From a virus (taxonomy: Duplodnaviria > Caudoviricetes): DNA of 64,000 nt. This document shows, one piece after another, positions 34,943-44,099 of the stretch (position 1 is the stretch's first letter; each line of letters opens with the position of its first letter). The translations under genes were made by a program, and so were the position numbers. The stretch spans positions 1,546 through 65,545 of the IMG/VR virus record IMGVR_UViG_3300036798_000278; one strand, written 5' to 3'. The notes under the pieces are model-generated. The model saw only the letters and a list, made by a program, of their open reading frames with translations, was not told the DNA's origin and searched no databases.

Positions 34943-35158
34943 TCACTTTCCGGTCACGTGACCGTTAGGAAGATAGGCGGCTACAATCGCATAGATCACA
35001 CTAAGGCACACCGTCAAAAACGCCACAAAGCAGAGAGAGCGAGGTGATACAGTCACCGCCATCGCACCTTGCGCGGCGCCCATCGCGTAGGCCCATCTTT
35101 CTTTCCAGGTCATGTCAGGCGCGACCCTGCCGCTCACGAACTTCGGAAGTCGGCGCAA
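34943..35158 (-). CDS. Small single-TM protein
   Basis: 71 aa with a C-terminal hydrophobic helix. Confidence 0.5.
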   Translation of the reverse strand: MRRLPKFVSGRVAPDMTWKERWAYAMGAAQGAMAVTVSPRSLCFVAFLTVCLSVIYAIVAAYLPNGHVTGK

Positions 35159-35540
35159 GCCGGTTTACCTCATCGATTCGAAGCGGCTTTCGCCAGTGTA
35201 CGGCAACCGCGCGCTCGCCGATTTCTGACGTCATCTCTTCCATGAACCACGGGTCCTTCGTGCCGACCCCGCGCATAAGCTGATCGCGGGCCGATTCCAT
35301 CTTGCGCCACGTCGCTGGGCCCCAACGGAGCACCGGCACCGGCCTCGGATCGCTTCGGCTCCACAGCGCTACGCTGATGTGCCACAGCGGCCGTCCGCCG
35401 GCATAGCGCTGTCATTCCATGCCGATGTTGACTGTGAGCATGACGCTGACGCGGCCGATGCGCCAGCCGTGGCCGGTAGTGATTTGACGATCCGGATCAA
35501 AGACCGGGTGAGCTAAAGCGTAGGAAACATGTGTATTCAT
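35115..35540 (-). pseudogene. 141-codon gene interrupted by one in-frame TGA (codon 43)
   Basis: ATG 35540 overlaps the integrase stop (ATGA); the frame is open on both sides of TGA 35412-35414 (...NIGME*QRYAGGRPLWHISVALW...). Confidence 0.6.
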
Positions 35541-36727
35541 TTCGTGCTCCTATGAATTCGCCGTTTCGCCAATGCATTAGCCGCCTTTTTCCGGGTGTGC
35601 CGGCTGTACGGATCAAGGCTGTTCCGGTTCCGGTGACCCGATAACGACAGCAGCTCGTCCTCGGTCGCCTCGGCATCTCCGGCTTCCGTAAGACCGGCAC
35701 GGCGCATGTCCCGAGCTTGGTATTCGGCCGGCAATCCGGCCGCATCTCGAATTGCGTTGAAGGCTTTGCTCAGGTTGAAGATCGTGAACGGCTTCCGCGT
35801 CCGCTCGTCGATGACGATGACCGGCGACACGCGCTCGGTCGCGTCGAGCATCGCTTTGAGCTCCGGCAGAGCGGGCAGCAGGGGGGCCCACACCATCGCC
35901 CCGGTCTTGCTCTGCTTGACCTGGACTTCGTGGCCGTTGTAGCGGCTCCAGGCCAGCGTGCGGGCGTCGCCTGCCCTCTGACACAACTCATAGGACAGGC
36001 GAGCCCACAGCGCCAGCGAACGGCGTCCCAGCCTTCCTGCAACGGCGCAGAATACATCAACGTGCTCGCGAGGGATAACGGTTTCGCGGGACGGCGTCCC
36101 GATCATCCCCATCGCGGAAAAGGGGTTATCGGCGACGTCGCCCCAACGCACCGCGAGCGCGTACATCCGCCGCGCCGACCTCATGATCGCGTTCGCCCAC
36201 GGCAGCTGCGTCGGCTCATCCGTTGTAGGATCGATTTTCTGCAGGCGCAGGTAAATGAGATCGACGTGCTTGCGGGTTAGCTTTTTCGCCGGTATCTCGC
36301 CGAGCGTCGTGGTTTCGAGCGGGAACTCGCGTAGCGCCTTGAGCGCGCCGCTGTAGAATTTCTGTGTCGCCGGACGCTTGGATTTGAACTGGCGGCTGGC
36401 CTCGAACCGCTCGATCATGTCGGCGATTGATACTTCGGCGGGCCCGGCGATGCCTCCGGGTTCTCGTCCGGCGCGCCAGTCATCGAGTTGCTTGTTATAT
36501 TGCTCTGCACGGCGCGCAGCCTCGATAGGATCTCGGCCAAGAGCAGTAGCGCTAATCCCACCAGCGAGATGAGCACGCCGAGGAGGACAATAATAGTATC
36601 CAACCGATCCATCAGCGAGCCGTCGCGTTTCGAGATACCGGATTTTGATCACCCCCAAGGCCGAACTCCCGGTCAAGGTCGATTCCGGCGGGATGATTGA
36701 CCCGGCCCGACAGGCGGTCAACGGCAT
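35537..36727 (-). CDS. int: Tyrosine integrase (true start may be GTG at 36652)
   Basis: QRAGD (R), KQSKTG (K), RDMRR, SGH, PYSR (Y) catalytic motifs; next to attP. Confidence 0.92.
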   Translation of the reverse strand: MPLTACRAGSIIPPESTLTGSSALGVIKIRYLETRRLADGSVGYYYCPPRRAHLAGGISATALGRDPIEAARRAEQYNKQLDDWRAGREPGGIAGPAEVSIADMIERFEASRQFKSKRPATQKFYSGALKALREFPLETTTLGEIPAKKLTRKHVDLIYLRLQKIDPTTDEPTQLPWANAIMRSARRMYALAVRWGDVADNPFSAMGMIGTPSRETVIPREHVDVFCAVAGRLGRRSLALWARLSYELCQRAGDARTLAWSRYNGHEVQVKQSKTGAMVWAPLLPALPELKAMLDATERVSPVIVIDERTRKPFTIFNLSKAFNAIRDAAGLPAEYQARDMRRAGLTEAGDAEATEDELLSLSGHRNRNSLDPYSRHTRKKAANALAKRRIHRSTK

Positions 36728-36899
36728 CGTCCAAAGCCTTGCGATCGTAAGTGTTTACCTTCGCGCCGCGCTCGACCGGCATAGGCCACATCCCACGATC
36801 CCGCTCTCGCCGGAACTGCGACAGGGAGATCCCGACGTAGGCAGCGGCAAGATTCTCGGGCATTAGCCGCGGCCAGTTGGGGAGCGGGCGCTCAGCCAT
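36612..36899 (-). CDS. Excisionase/AlpA-like HTH protein
   Basis: WPRLMPENLAAAYVGIS...WP.P...YDRKALD.AVDRL; immediately upstream of int. Confidence 0.75.
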   Translation of the reverse strand: MAERPLPNWPRLMPENLAAAYVGISLSQFRRERDRGMWPMPVERGAKVNTYDRKALDDAVDRLSGRVNHPAGIDLDREFGLGGDQNPVSRNATAR

Positions 36900-37007
36900 T
36901 CCTTCTACGGCCCTAGATAGCCAAGATGATCGACGGCTGCTCCCCACAAGAACGCGGCGGCAAGCGCGGCCAGAATAACCATCACCTTCATGCCGGTCGA
37001 CATGCGC

Positions 37008-37337
37008 TCAGCAGGCATCACTCAGGCACCAACACCCGTCGCAATCGTATTTGAGCCGGATGAGGCCACGCGCCAAAGCTTCGTCAACCGCTTCCCGCGA
37101 TGCTTCGCCGCCGCCAAAGGTGACGTAGAAACGTCCGGTCGGGAGGATGCTGTGCTCGTAACCCTCGTACACATCACGCCGATCGCCGAGCGGAAATCTT
37201 TTGTTTCCGCTAGGCGGCGGCGGTACGTGCATCGCGGCCACAAGGGCCTTGGCAGTCTGGATCAGCACTGGCGCAATCGGCTGTATGCCAAACCACGGTA
37301 TTACTTGTCCGCAACAGTGACAGCGCTTCTCGGTCAT
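37008..37337 (-). CDS. Hypothetical protein
   Basis: 109 aa in the leftward early operon; ATGA overlap. Confidence 0.6.
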   Translation of the reverse strand: MTEKRCHCCGQVIPWFGIQPIAPVLIQTAKALVAAMHVPPPPSGNKRFPLGDRRDVYEGYEHSILPTGRFYVTFGGGEASREAVDEALARGLIRLKYDCDGCWCLSDAC

Positions 37338-37747
37338 GTCATCCCCGCTGTCGGCAACCCCGGCCTGGCGTGCTGGATTGCCCGATAGCCGGCCTCTATG
37401 TCACCGCTAACCTTGTATAATCTCTCGGCGATGCGCCAAGGATCGGTGATCCCACAATTCATTCTGTTGGCCCAGAATGTATCTTCACCAAAATCGTGCT
37501 GCACTGCGTGACAACGAACACACAACGGAACGGCGTAGAGATCGCCTGGCTTTCGCCCGGCCGCCCCATCGGTCCCGAGTCGCACATGCGCCGCTTCGCA
37601 GGGGGCGCGCCGCCCGCACGCCAGACACGGCAGGGCGCGGACAAATCCCAAGTGGTTCTTGTCGCGCAACCACGGTTGCGGCTTACGGGCGTGCGCCGGG
37701 AGGTCTTTGGCGATGCGCGGGGCGCGATTCATTTGAGCAGACCCCAA
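37334..37747 (-). CDS. DUF968/Ref-like Zn-binding HNH-type nuclease
   Basis: HL.FVRALPCLACG...EAAHVR...RKPGD..AVPLC..CH..QH. Confidence 0.8.
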   Translation of the reverse strand: MGSAQMNRAPRIAKDLPAHARKPQPWLRDKNHLGFVRALPCLACGRRAPCEAAHVRLGTDGAAGRKPGDLYAVPLCVRCHAVQHDFGEDTFWANRMNCGITDPWRIAERLYKVSGDIEAGYRAIQHARPGLPTAGMT

Positions 37748-37800
37748 AACAACCAGGCCAGACCCACAAAGCCGGCGAGTATTATAACGTCAGTCATGGC

Positions 37801-38109
37801 TCATCGGTGGGTTCGGACGGGGCCGGTGGGGGAGGGGGTTCCGTCTATGACGGGGCGCGCAGTCCTGGCCCCGACTTTTTGGCCCATCAGTTCCTGAAAT
37901 TTCAGAGCTCGCTCGTGGTCAATAAAGAACACACACATCGAACCTCCGAAGACCTGGGCGGCAATAAACCCTGGCACGCCTGCATCTGCTGCGGCTTTGG
38001 CCTCCAGCATAATCGGCTCAAGCTCTGCGGCTTGCTCCTCGTAGAGATCGATCCTGATAGCGGGAATTCGAGGACGGTCGGCTTTAGTCATCGCCACAGC
38101 CTCTCTCAT
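37801..38109 (-). CDS. Hypothetical protein
   Basis: 102 aa in the operon. Confidence 0.55.
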   Translation of the reverse strand: MREAVAMTKADRPRIPAIRIDLYEEQAAELEPIMLEAKAAADAGVPGFIAAQVFGGSMCVFFIDHERALKFQELMGQKVGARTARPVIDGTPSPTGPVRTHR

Positions 38110-38309
38110 TGCTCCAATACTCTGCGTCCTTTGTCCGTAATTCGGACCGTCCCGTCCTCAATGACGATTAGACCGTCATCTTCCAGACGCTTACGCGTAG
38201 ATTGACGGAATGGATGAATCAGTACGCGCCACTCATAATAACCAATCCGGCGACTGAAATTAAGCAGAACAGCGAGCGCCGCTCGTTGTTGAGGCGATAA
38301 CGCTTTCAC
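38106..38309 (-). CDS. Small winged-helix-like hypothetical protein
   Basis: LEDDGLIVIEDGTVRITDKGRRVL C-terminus. Confidence 0.55.
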   Translation of the reverse strand: MKALSPQQRAALAVLLNFSRRIGYYEWRVLIHPFRQSTRKRLEDDGLIVIEDGTVRITDKGRRVLEQ

Positions 38310-38800
38310 GCCCGCAGCTCAGCCGCGCGGCCGGCCCAAACCAGGAATTCCCGTTCCATGCGCATAAACGCATGAAAGGCGTTCTCGTCCGTCGCTATTT
38401 CGGAACGCGATTCCACATCGCACTCATTGCGGATGAAGTCGACAGCCGACAACTCGCTTTTACGGCTTACCCAGTCAATGAATTGGGGATCGTTCGGCAG
38501 CATTCCAGCACGCATGACGGCTCGTTTCATCTCATCAGCCTCCGCGTAGCGCTGCTTTCCGACTAGCGAGAGGTTGGCGTGGCGCTCCGGTCCCGTCGCT
38601 TTGCCTTCGGCGATCTCAAGGAGCTTGTCGCGCAATCCAATGCAGACGTGCCGCTCTTTACCGGGCACGGGGATGCCCAGGCTCTCGATAACCTGCTCAG
38701 CTTCCTCGATTGGGAATTCGATGACTGCTTGGCAGACACTGCGTGTCTTGACGAGCTTGAAGTCAGAGTAAGTGCCGGAGAGCCCGCGATATTCGGTCAT
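38306..38800 (-). CDS. Conserved phage hypothetical protein
   Basis: 164 aa; coupled at both ends. Confidence 0.65.
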   Translation of the reverse strand: MTEYRGLSGTYSDFKLVKTRSVCQAVIEFPIEEAEQVIESLGIPVPGKERHVCIGLRDKLLEIAEGKATGPERHANLSLVGKQRYAEADEMKRAVMRAGMLPNDPQFIDWVSRKSELSAVDFIRNECDVESRSEIATDENAFHAFMRMEREFLVWAGRAAELRA

Positions 38801-39600
38801 GCCCCGAGCCTTTCAGCAACCTTCCACCGCAATGGCCCCGGGCGCGGCGCCGTTACGAGTTCCGCCTTTCGCTGCTCGGCATAAGCGAGCAGATTATTGT
38901 AAGTCTTCTCTGACGCCTCTTTGATAAGAGCTAGATCGTCTTCGTTGGTCTGTAGAACCAGGTCCGGGGTAAGCTTCTCATTGGCCAGCGTCAGCGCGCG
39001 GTGGATGCGGTCACGGATTTGCGACAGCGTCTCGGGGTCACCAGGAGATGGGGGGTCGGGGGACGCGCCCTTATTTCTCTCTGCGAGTTTCCAATTGCCG
39101 CGCGGTATCTCTGCCAAGGCAGATGTAGCGTCGCGGGTCGCCGCAGGAGTAGGGCGCATCAATATCGCCCGCAGCCGCGCCAGTTCATTGTCCGGAATGA
39201 AAACGCCGCCGCCCCGCTCCCGCTTCTCTAACGCGACCCAGGGCGCGTCGACATCGTAGAGATATCGGCCGATGCCCCACCTGACCGCAGCTCTTTTGAA
39301 TGCATCGCTGAACGCGCCCTTTTCCGCCTCAACATCCGAGTCGCCGGCCCCGTCGCCGCGCCAAATCCACTCGGCATCAATTTTAATGCCGATCTCGCAT
39401 GTCATCTTGCCGGGGATCGCCCACGGAAAGCGAACCTGCCAATCGGTGCCACAGACGTCGTTAAGTCGGTCCTGCACATCGCGCGAGTCGATGTAGGCGA
39501 GCGGCAGGCCGCGGGTCTTGTCGGCATTGGTCGGCCCTAGCCGCCACGATACCGTAGCGGGGGCAAATGGTGCGCTCAGCTTCTCCAGAAGCTCGCTCAT
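38797..39600 (-). CDS. Rad52/Rad22-family single-strand annealing protein (Sak-like)
   Basis: LAYIDSRDVQDRLNDVCG..W...EKGAFSDAFKRAAVRWGIGRYLY. Confidence 0.9.
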   Translation of the reverse strand: MSELLEKLSAPFAPATVSWRLGPTNADKTRGLPLAYIDSRDVQDRLNDVCGTDWQVRFPWAIPGKMTCEIGIKIDAEWIWRGDGAGDSDVEAEKGAFSDAFKRAAVRWGIGRYLYDVDAPWVALEKRERGGGVFIPDNELARLRAILMRPTPAATRDATSALAEIPRGNWKLAERNKGASPDPPSPGDPETLSQIRDRIHRALTLANEKLTPDLVLQTNEDDLALIKEASEKTYNNLLAYAEQRKAELVTAPRPGPLRWKVAERLGA

Positions 39601-39601
39601 C

Positions 39602-40114
39602 TCAACTGTCCTTCACGATGATCGTCGGCTGCGGGTTGCTGAGACTGGCCCACGGCACATCCTTACCGTCTCGCAGTGCCGCGCCAATCCGCTTCTTGTC
39701 TGGTTTGTATTTAACCCGCATGTAATCCATGGGCACAGCGCCCTCGTTAGGGATGATCACCTTGGCTTGGCTCATCCCGAGATAAGCGATGAAATCGGGC
39801 ACGTTGATGCGACGTTCGCCGGATTCCTGTAGCGCCCAGAACGCCAGCGCCTTCTTGCGCTCGGCTCGCTCGATAAGGCGTCTCTTGCGTGCTTCCATGC
39901 GCCCCACCTGCTCGCCGAGCGCCTTGGCGACGGCCTTGTCCTCGCGCCCCGAGCGCAGCACAGCCGCAATCGCTTCCGGTAGTGTGGATGCGCCCTCAAG
40001 CGTGTCGGTCAAAGCCACGGGATCTTCTTCGATCCCTGGGAACCGCGAGACCAACTCGTCGCGCAAGCGCTTGTGCTTGTCGATCTCAAGATGGAGGTTG
40101 GGTTGGTGGTTCAT
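39602..40114 (-). CDS. Siphovirus Gp157-family protein
   Basis: DTLEG...coiled coil...PMDYMR.KY.PDKKRI.AALRDG..VP.A.L. Confidence 0.85.
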   Translation of the reverse strand: MNHQPNLHLEIDKHKRLRDELVSRFPGIEEDPVALTDTLEGASTLPEAIAAVLRSGREDKAVAKALGEQVGRMEARKRRLIERAERKKALAFWALQESGERRINVPDFIAYLGMSQAKVIIPNEGAVPMDYMRVKYKPDKKRIGAALRDGKDVPWASLSNPQPTIIVKDS

Positions 40115-40437
40115 TCCGGCTCATCCACTACGGCGGTTGCGAAGATCTCATCGATCATGCGGACAGCGCCATTGCGCATCTGTTCTCTGGGATCGCCCGC
40201 AAGCCACGGACACCGCGTGACATGCAGCGGCGTCCCTGATTGAGCCCGGTCCCGCACTATTGTCAGCACCCTAAGTATCCAGCCCCAATCTATCTGCTGT
40301 AGGTCCGCCTGATGAAGGCGCGGGGCATCAATAGATGGCGGGGAGGGAAGTTGGCCGGGGATGGCCTCCCTCCCCGCCGCCTCACGCGCGACTGGGGGCG
40401 TCGCGGTGAGCTCGTTGAGACGCGGAGCTTCGCTCAT
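40111..40437 (-). CDS. Hypothetical protein (108 aa)
   Basis: Start 40437 by ATGA overlap with the upstream gene. Confidence 0.55.
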   Translation of the reverse strand: MSEAPRLNELTATPPVAREAAGREAIPGQLPSPPSIDAPRLHQADLQQIDWGWILRVLTIVRDRAQSGTPLHVTRCPWLAGDPREQMRNGAVRMIDEIFATAVVDEPE

Positions 40438-40751
40438 ATACGTCGCCCCATCAGATCGCTGGTCCTGTACGTGCGGTTTCCGATCTGCCAGCGATCGTCC
40501 CATGCCCGCTGGCAGACTGCCGCTGAATCTGAATAGGCATATCTGGAGCACCACCAATCATCCGGCGCATCGGTATATGCACCATGAAAATAAATAGCTG
40601 CCGAAGTATTCGGTACCCGCCACGGCTTTAATTCCAGCAAGGACAGCACGACTACGATTGTTATTGCCGTCGCGGCAACCGCCAGGGTTATGGCGGCAAT
40701 AATATTAGAGACATGCCGGTCTTCGTTAATCACTTCAATCTCGTCGGTCAT
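40434..40751 (-). CDS. Single-TM membrane protein
   Basis: N-terminal TM; Cys pair in the C-terminal domain. Confidence 0.55.
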   Translation of the reverse strand: MTDEIEVINEDRHVSNIIAAITLAVAATAITIVVVLSLLELKPWRVPNTSAAIYFHGAYTDAPDDWWCSRYAYSDSAAVCQRAWDDRWQIGNRTYRTSDLMGRRI

Positions 40752-40882
40752 CGGGAGTGCTGCTCATGGATCGCAGTTGCGGCGGTGCTCCACATGTCAT
40801 GCCACATGACACCGAGCATGATCATGGGCAGACCAATCAGCAGAACCGCTGCGATTACAAGGACGATTAGACACTTGGTCAT
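40748..40882 (-). CDS. Small single-TM protein (44 aa)
   Basis: MTKCLIVLVIAAVLLIGLPMIMLGVMW; ATGA overlap. Confidence 0.55.
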   Translation of the reverse strand: MTKCLIVLVIAAVLLIGLPMIMLGVMWHDMWSTAATAIHEQHSR

Positions 40883-41262
40883 TGGAAATCCGTCGGCAAG
40901 CACTGAAGGACCGCCTTGTTTTCCTCGGAATCGACAGGGGGACATTCTTTGCCGGGATGCGATGTCCGCCACTCGTTCAGCGCGCATCTGAAATAATAGT
41001 CGGAATGCTCTTTGTATTTAGCCAAGGCTGCGCGACAGACTCGCCCGATGTTTTGGCACTCTATTGATCGCTCCGATGTTACTGTACATCGATAGTTTTC
41101 GACCTCTAACGATGTGCCGACCGGCGATACGGAGGTTGGTGGGTCTGGCGGACACTGCGCCCCGCTGATCACTTTGCAATCGGCGTCCGATACGGCGGGG
41201 AGGGGTGCAGCAAGACCAAGGCCGACGACAAAGGCCAGCGTGCGGTTGAGCGCCAAACTCAT
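40879..41262 (-). CDS. Exported Cys-rich protein (127 aa)
   Basis: MSLALNRTLAFVVGLGLAAPLPAVS signal-like N-terminus; many Cys; ATGA overlap. Confidence 0.55.
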   Translation of the reverse strand: MSLALNRTLAFVVGLGLAAPLPAVSDADCKVISGAQCPPDPPTSVSPVGTSLEVENYRCTVTSERSIECQNIGRVCRAALAKYKEHSDYYFRCALNEWRTSHPGKECPPVDSEENKAVLQCLPTDFQ

Positions 41263-41630
41263 GACGCGGCGCCCTCGATGCAGCGTTGCTGCGCGGCACG
41301 AGTGGCGAGATACTGATTGCGGGCCTGCAACGCCTGCACCTCGACTCCGGCAGCACCCTGAAAGTCCATGGCAAACCATAGCGGCCAAATAAATAGGCCG
41401 GCAATACCCGCCGCGACGTTCTGCGCAACCTTGGCGCCCTGTTCGCCGGCCAATACCTGCATGCGTTGGTTGTTGGCGTTAGCCTCCAACATAAGAGCGG
41501 TGCAATCGGCGTAAACATCTTGCGGTTGGACGATCGCCACCGGGTTGGGTGGCCGTCCTGCGCAATCGGTGAGGAACGCGAGCGCGAGGCCAGCGATCAG
41601 TGCCGCCTCCGCCTTAGCTACCGCTCTCAC
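41259..41630 (-). CDS. Putative lipoprotein
   Basis: LAFLTDC|AGRPPNPV lipobox-like site; NVAAGIAGLFIWPLWFAMDF hydrophobic hairpin. Confidence 0.7.
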   Translation of the reverse strand: MRAVAKAEAALIAGLALAFLTDCAGRPPNPVAIVQPQDVYADCTALMLEANANNQRMQVLAGEQGAKVAQNVAAGIAGLFIWPLWFAMDFQGAAGVEVQALQARNQYLATRAAQQRCIEGAAS

Positions 41631-41905
41631 GGCATCCTCCCGCCAACCGGATGATCTTCCAGGAATTCCCGACGGGAAATACGGCCCTCGACCAGATGAA
41701 GCAGAGACCTTCCGACCCCGAGCTTGCCGGAGATCTCATCGATCTCACCGCAGATGTCCTGAAGATCCGTGGCGATGCGGTTGGCCTCGTCCTCATTCTC
41801 CTCTGCCATGAAGGCAGCATGGAGCCGGGTCTCGTCCGCCATCAATTCGAAGCGGCGCGCTTCCAGGGCGGCGATCGTGGCGGTTAATTCTTCGCGCTCG
41901 GTCAT
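41627..41905 (-). CDS. Coiled-coil hypothetical protein
   Basis: 92 aa; ATGA overlaps. Confidence 0.6.
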   Translation of the reverse strand: MTEREELTATIAALEARRFELMADETRLHAAFMAEENEDEANRIATDLQDICGEIDEISGKLGVGRSLLHLVEGRISRREFLEDHPVGGRMP

Positions 41906-42168
41906 TGGCGCGTATCCTCCGGCCGCTGCGGATTTACAGTGAGGCTGTCAAGCGTGGCGCGCATTGCTAAGATATGTGACTCGACGAGCGCTCTGCGTGC
42001 CTCGATCGGGATGGCCAGAAAGGCGAGCGTCAGCGCGGCGCCCAGTACTGGAACCTGCAAAAACGCCGATATCCCCTCATGATCGAGTTGGTCGCTTAGC
42101 TCGACGCCGAGTCTCGCAATGCGAATCAGTTCGGCCCGGCTTAGCATAAGGTCTTCGTGCTCGGCCAT
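41902..42168 (-). CDS. Hypothetical protein, first gene of the leftward early operon (start uncertain)
   Basis: MAEHEDLMLSRAELIRIA...; GGGGG upstream; downstream of a consensus promoter. Confidence 0.55.
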   Translation of the reverse strand: MAEHEDLMLSRAELIRIARLGVELSDQLDHEGISAFLQVPVLGAALTLAFLAIPIEARRALVESHILAMRATLDSLTVNPQRPEDTRQ

Positions 42169-42207
42169 CCCCCATTTCCCTCTGTCCCGCATCATCGCTA
42201 CGAGTGG

Positions 42208-42250
42208 ATTATATGTGAAAGAAATCACCCCGTGTCAACTGATTTCTTTC
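42208..42250 (-). promoter_or_regulatory. Leftward sigma70-type promoter overlapped by an 11-bp palindromic operator
   Basis: TTGACA (42238-42233), N19, TATAAT (42213-42208); GAAAGAAATCA-N12-TGATTTCTTTC at 42217-42250. Confidence 0.65.
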
Positions 42251-42329
42251 AGATGGACGCGGCGAACACGTCATAATATGAATGCGGCTTAAGCCGCATG
42301 GCTACAGGGTCAGCAAAAAGGTGAGGGTA

Positions 42330-42794
42330 ATGGACGATTCGTCCGAAGCCGAAGCACGTTTGTTCCGCGAGGCGGAGAGGCTAAATCGCCAAGCCCGGTG
42401 CCGGCAGAGGGCCGAGGCGCCGCGGCGATACGGCCTTGCTGCGCTGTGGGTTTTCCTGGCGTTCGTGTACTGCTCGCAATGGGATGACATGATCCACCTC
42501 CCAGCGGGTTCCGCGACGGTCTTTATAGCCGCCGTCGCGCTCGCCGTTCGGCGTGGCGGCACGGGGCCGGGCTGGCTTGCCTTTGCCCTATCTCTCGGGT
42601 GTGTGTGGCTGCGCTTTTGTGAGCCGGCGATACCGGGGCGATTCTGCTGGTTGGCGGTGGCGTTGCTGGCGCCGCTGATCGTCGGCGCTCCACATGTCCG
42701 CATGCGGCGCGTTCGCGAGAGTAAGCGTCGGCTTTCCCAGGCTCGTTCCGAGCCCCCGCATTACCCCATCTGGTCCGACAGACCGTCGAGATAG
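42330..42794 (+). CDS. Membrane protein with a DUF4118/KdpD-TM-like segment
   Basis: RYGLAALWVFLA...VFIAAVALAVRRGGTGPGWLAFALS; about four TM helices. Confidence 0.55.
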   Translation: MDDSSEAEARLFREAERLNRQARCRQRAEAPRRYGLAALWVFLAFVYCSQWDDMIHLPAGSATVFIAAVALAVRRGGTGPGWLAFALSLGCVWLRFCEPAIPGRFCWLAVALLAPLIVGAPHVRMRRVRESKRRLSQARSEPPHYPIWSDRPSR

Positions 42795-43141
42795 GATTCG
42801 TCGGCCGGCTTGCCTTCGCGTTCGCGGGCCAGGATCGTTTCATAAACGCGCACTACCAGCGCGGCGCGCTCAGGGGTCAAGCCTGACCGGCTCTGAGTGA
42901 CCGCGCGCACCGCGCGCTCAAGTTGCGGGAGCGATATCCCGCAACCCAAAATCTCGCACAGCGACCAATCGAGCGCCTTAGCGATATTCTCAAGCGTATT
43001 AGTCAGACGTCCCCCCGACCCGGCGTGCGATATGGTCGACGGATGGACCCCGGCCTCATCGGCCACTTGCGGCCAGGACTTGCCGAGCTGCTTGGCGCGA
43101 GCCCTGACCCTGGCGCGGAAATCTGTCTCTGACCAAGGCAT
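42761..43141 (-). CDS. CI-like repressor (XRE HTH, no S24 peptidase domain)
   Basis: SWPQVADEAGVHPSTISH...TLENIAKALDWSLCEIL; divergent from the Cro-like gene. Confidence 0.75.
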   Translation of the reverse strand: MPWSETDFRARVRARAKQLGKSWPQVADEAGVHPSTISHAGSGGRLTNTLENIAKALDWSLCEILGCGISLPQLERAVRAVTQSRSGLTPERAALVVRVYETILAREREGKPADESYLDGLSDQMG

Positions 43142-43287
43142 CGCGTTAACTATCTCCCAACTTCTGATTTTATTCAGCAGGAAAGCCCATATAGCCTGCC
43201 TCGTGATTTTTTTCACCCATTTTTAACACACCCTCACAACTTTTTCACGATGCGAGCCCCTTGCGTCGCTGAAACCTTTCATTCTAT

Positions 43288-43557
43288 ATGATGAGAATGT
43301 TGTACGCGTACCGCCTACCTCAGCTCAAACGGCTCGCCGAGGTTTACCTCGCGGCCACGAAAACTCCGCCGACGACGCTTGGTGATCGGATCAGCCCCGG
43401 CAACAACCGCCTGATCCTGCAAATCATCGCCGGGAAGAGCGTCGGCGCCCCCAGCGCGGCACTGGCGACTGACTATTTTATCATGAATTGGCCGGCCGAT
43501 ACGGAGTGGCCCGCCGACGTGCCCAAGCCGCGGCATGAGAGGAGCGCAGCAGAATGA
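43288..43557 (+). CDS. Cro-like regulator (alphaproteobacterial phage type)
   Basis: LKRLAEVYLAAT...TLG.RI...YF..NWP.D.EWPADVP.P. Confidence 0.75.
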   Translation: MMRMLYAYRLPQLKRLAEVYLAATKTPPTTLGDRISPGNNRLILQIIAGKSVGAPSAALATDYFIMNWPADTEWPADVPKPRHERSAAE

Positions 43558-43718
43558 TCGACGATCTACACCGCGAGGCGGACGCGCTGCCGACTCTGCG
43601 GACCCGCAGCTGGGTGATCCTGGGATTGCTCATTAGCGGAATTGGGCTGTGGGCGGTGCTCCACGTAGTCGTCCAGTGCATGGTCGACGTGGCTATTGCT
43701 GTCGGTTGGCCGGTCTAG
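43554..43718 (+). CDS. Small membrane protein (54 aa)
   Basis: Hand translation MIDDLHREADALPTLRTRSWVILGLLISGIGLWAVLHVVV...; ATGA overlap. Confidence 0.5.
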   Translation: MIDDLHREADALPTLRTRSWVILGLLISGIGLWAVLHVVVQCMVDVAIAVGWPV

Positions 43719-43855
43719 AATACCCCCAGTGGCCTCCCAGGTTCGGGCAGCGGCGGGCTCGGCATGGACAAAGACGCGATCGAGGACTTCGCGCTGGGGG
43801 AAGGTGGTCTCGTCTGTAATCGCGTCATCCGCCGCACCTTGAATGAGGGATTGAG

Positions 43856-44086
43856 ATGTCAGCATGGGTGCTTGTTCTGGTCGTAATGGCGACTTCACTG
43901 AACTACGACCTCGGTCAGGGTTCGAAGCGAGCGGATACGTTCGTTGGAGTCCAGACGAATACCTACTCGCCAACCGTCGTAACGATCGACTTCAGCGATA
44001 AAGCTGCGTGCGAGACCGCCGCTAAATCACTACAGGACGCGGATGGCTTTGGAACCACCAAAGCACTCTGCATCGCGCGCCAGTAA
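43856..44086 (+). CDS. Small hypothetical (possibly exported) protein
   Basis: MSAWVLVLVVM...IDFSDKAACETAA...ALCIA. Confidence 0.6.
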   Translation: MSAWVLVLVVMATSLNYDLGQGSKRADTFVGVQTNTYSPTVVTIDFSDKAACETAAKSLQDADGFGTTKALCIARQ

Positions 44087-44099
44087 TGGAGGGAGTGTG

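Noticed and set aside
35412-35414. Genome-wide TGA recoding
   Set aside because: TGA is the normal stop in dozens of ATGA overlaps in this genome, so this single case cannot reflect an alternative genetic code.
36905-36991. 28-aa hydrophobic ORF upstream of the excisionase
   Set aside because: Plausible, but too short to support without expression or homology data.
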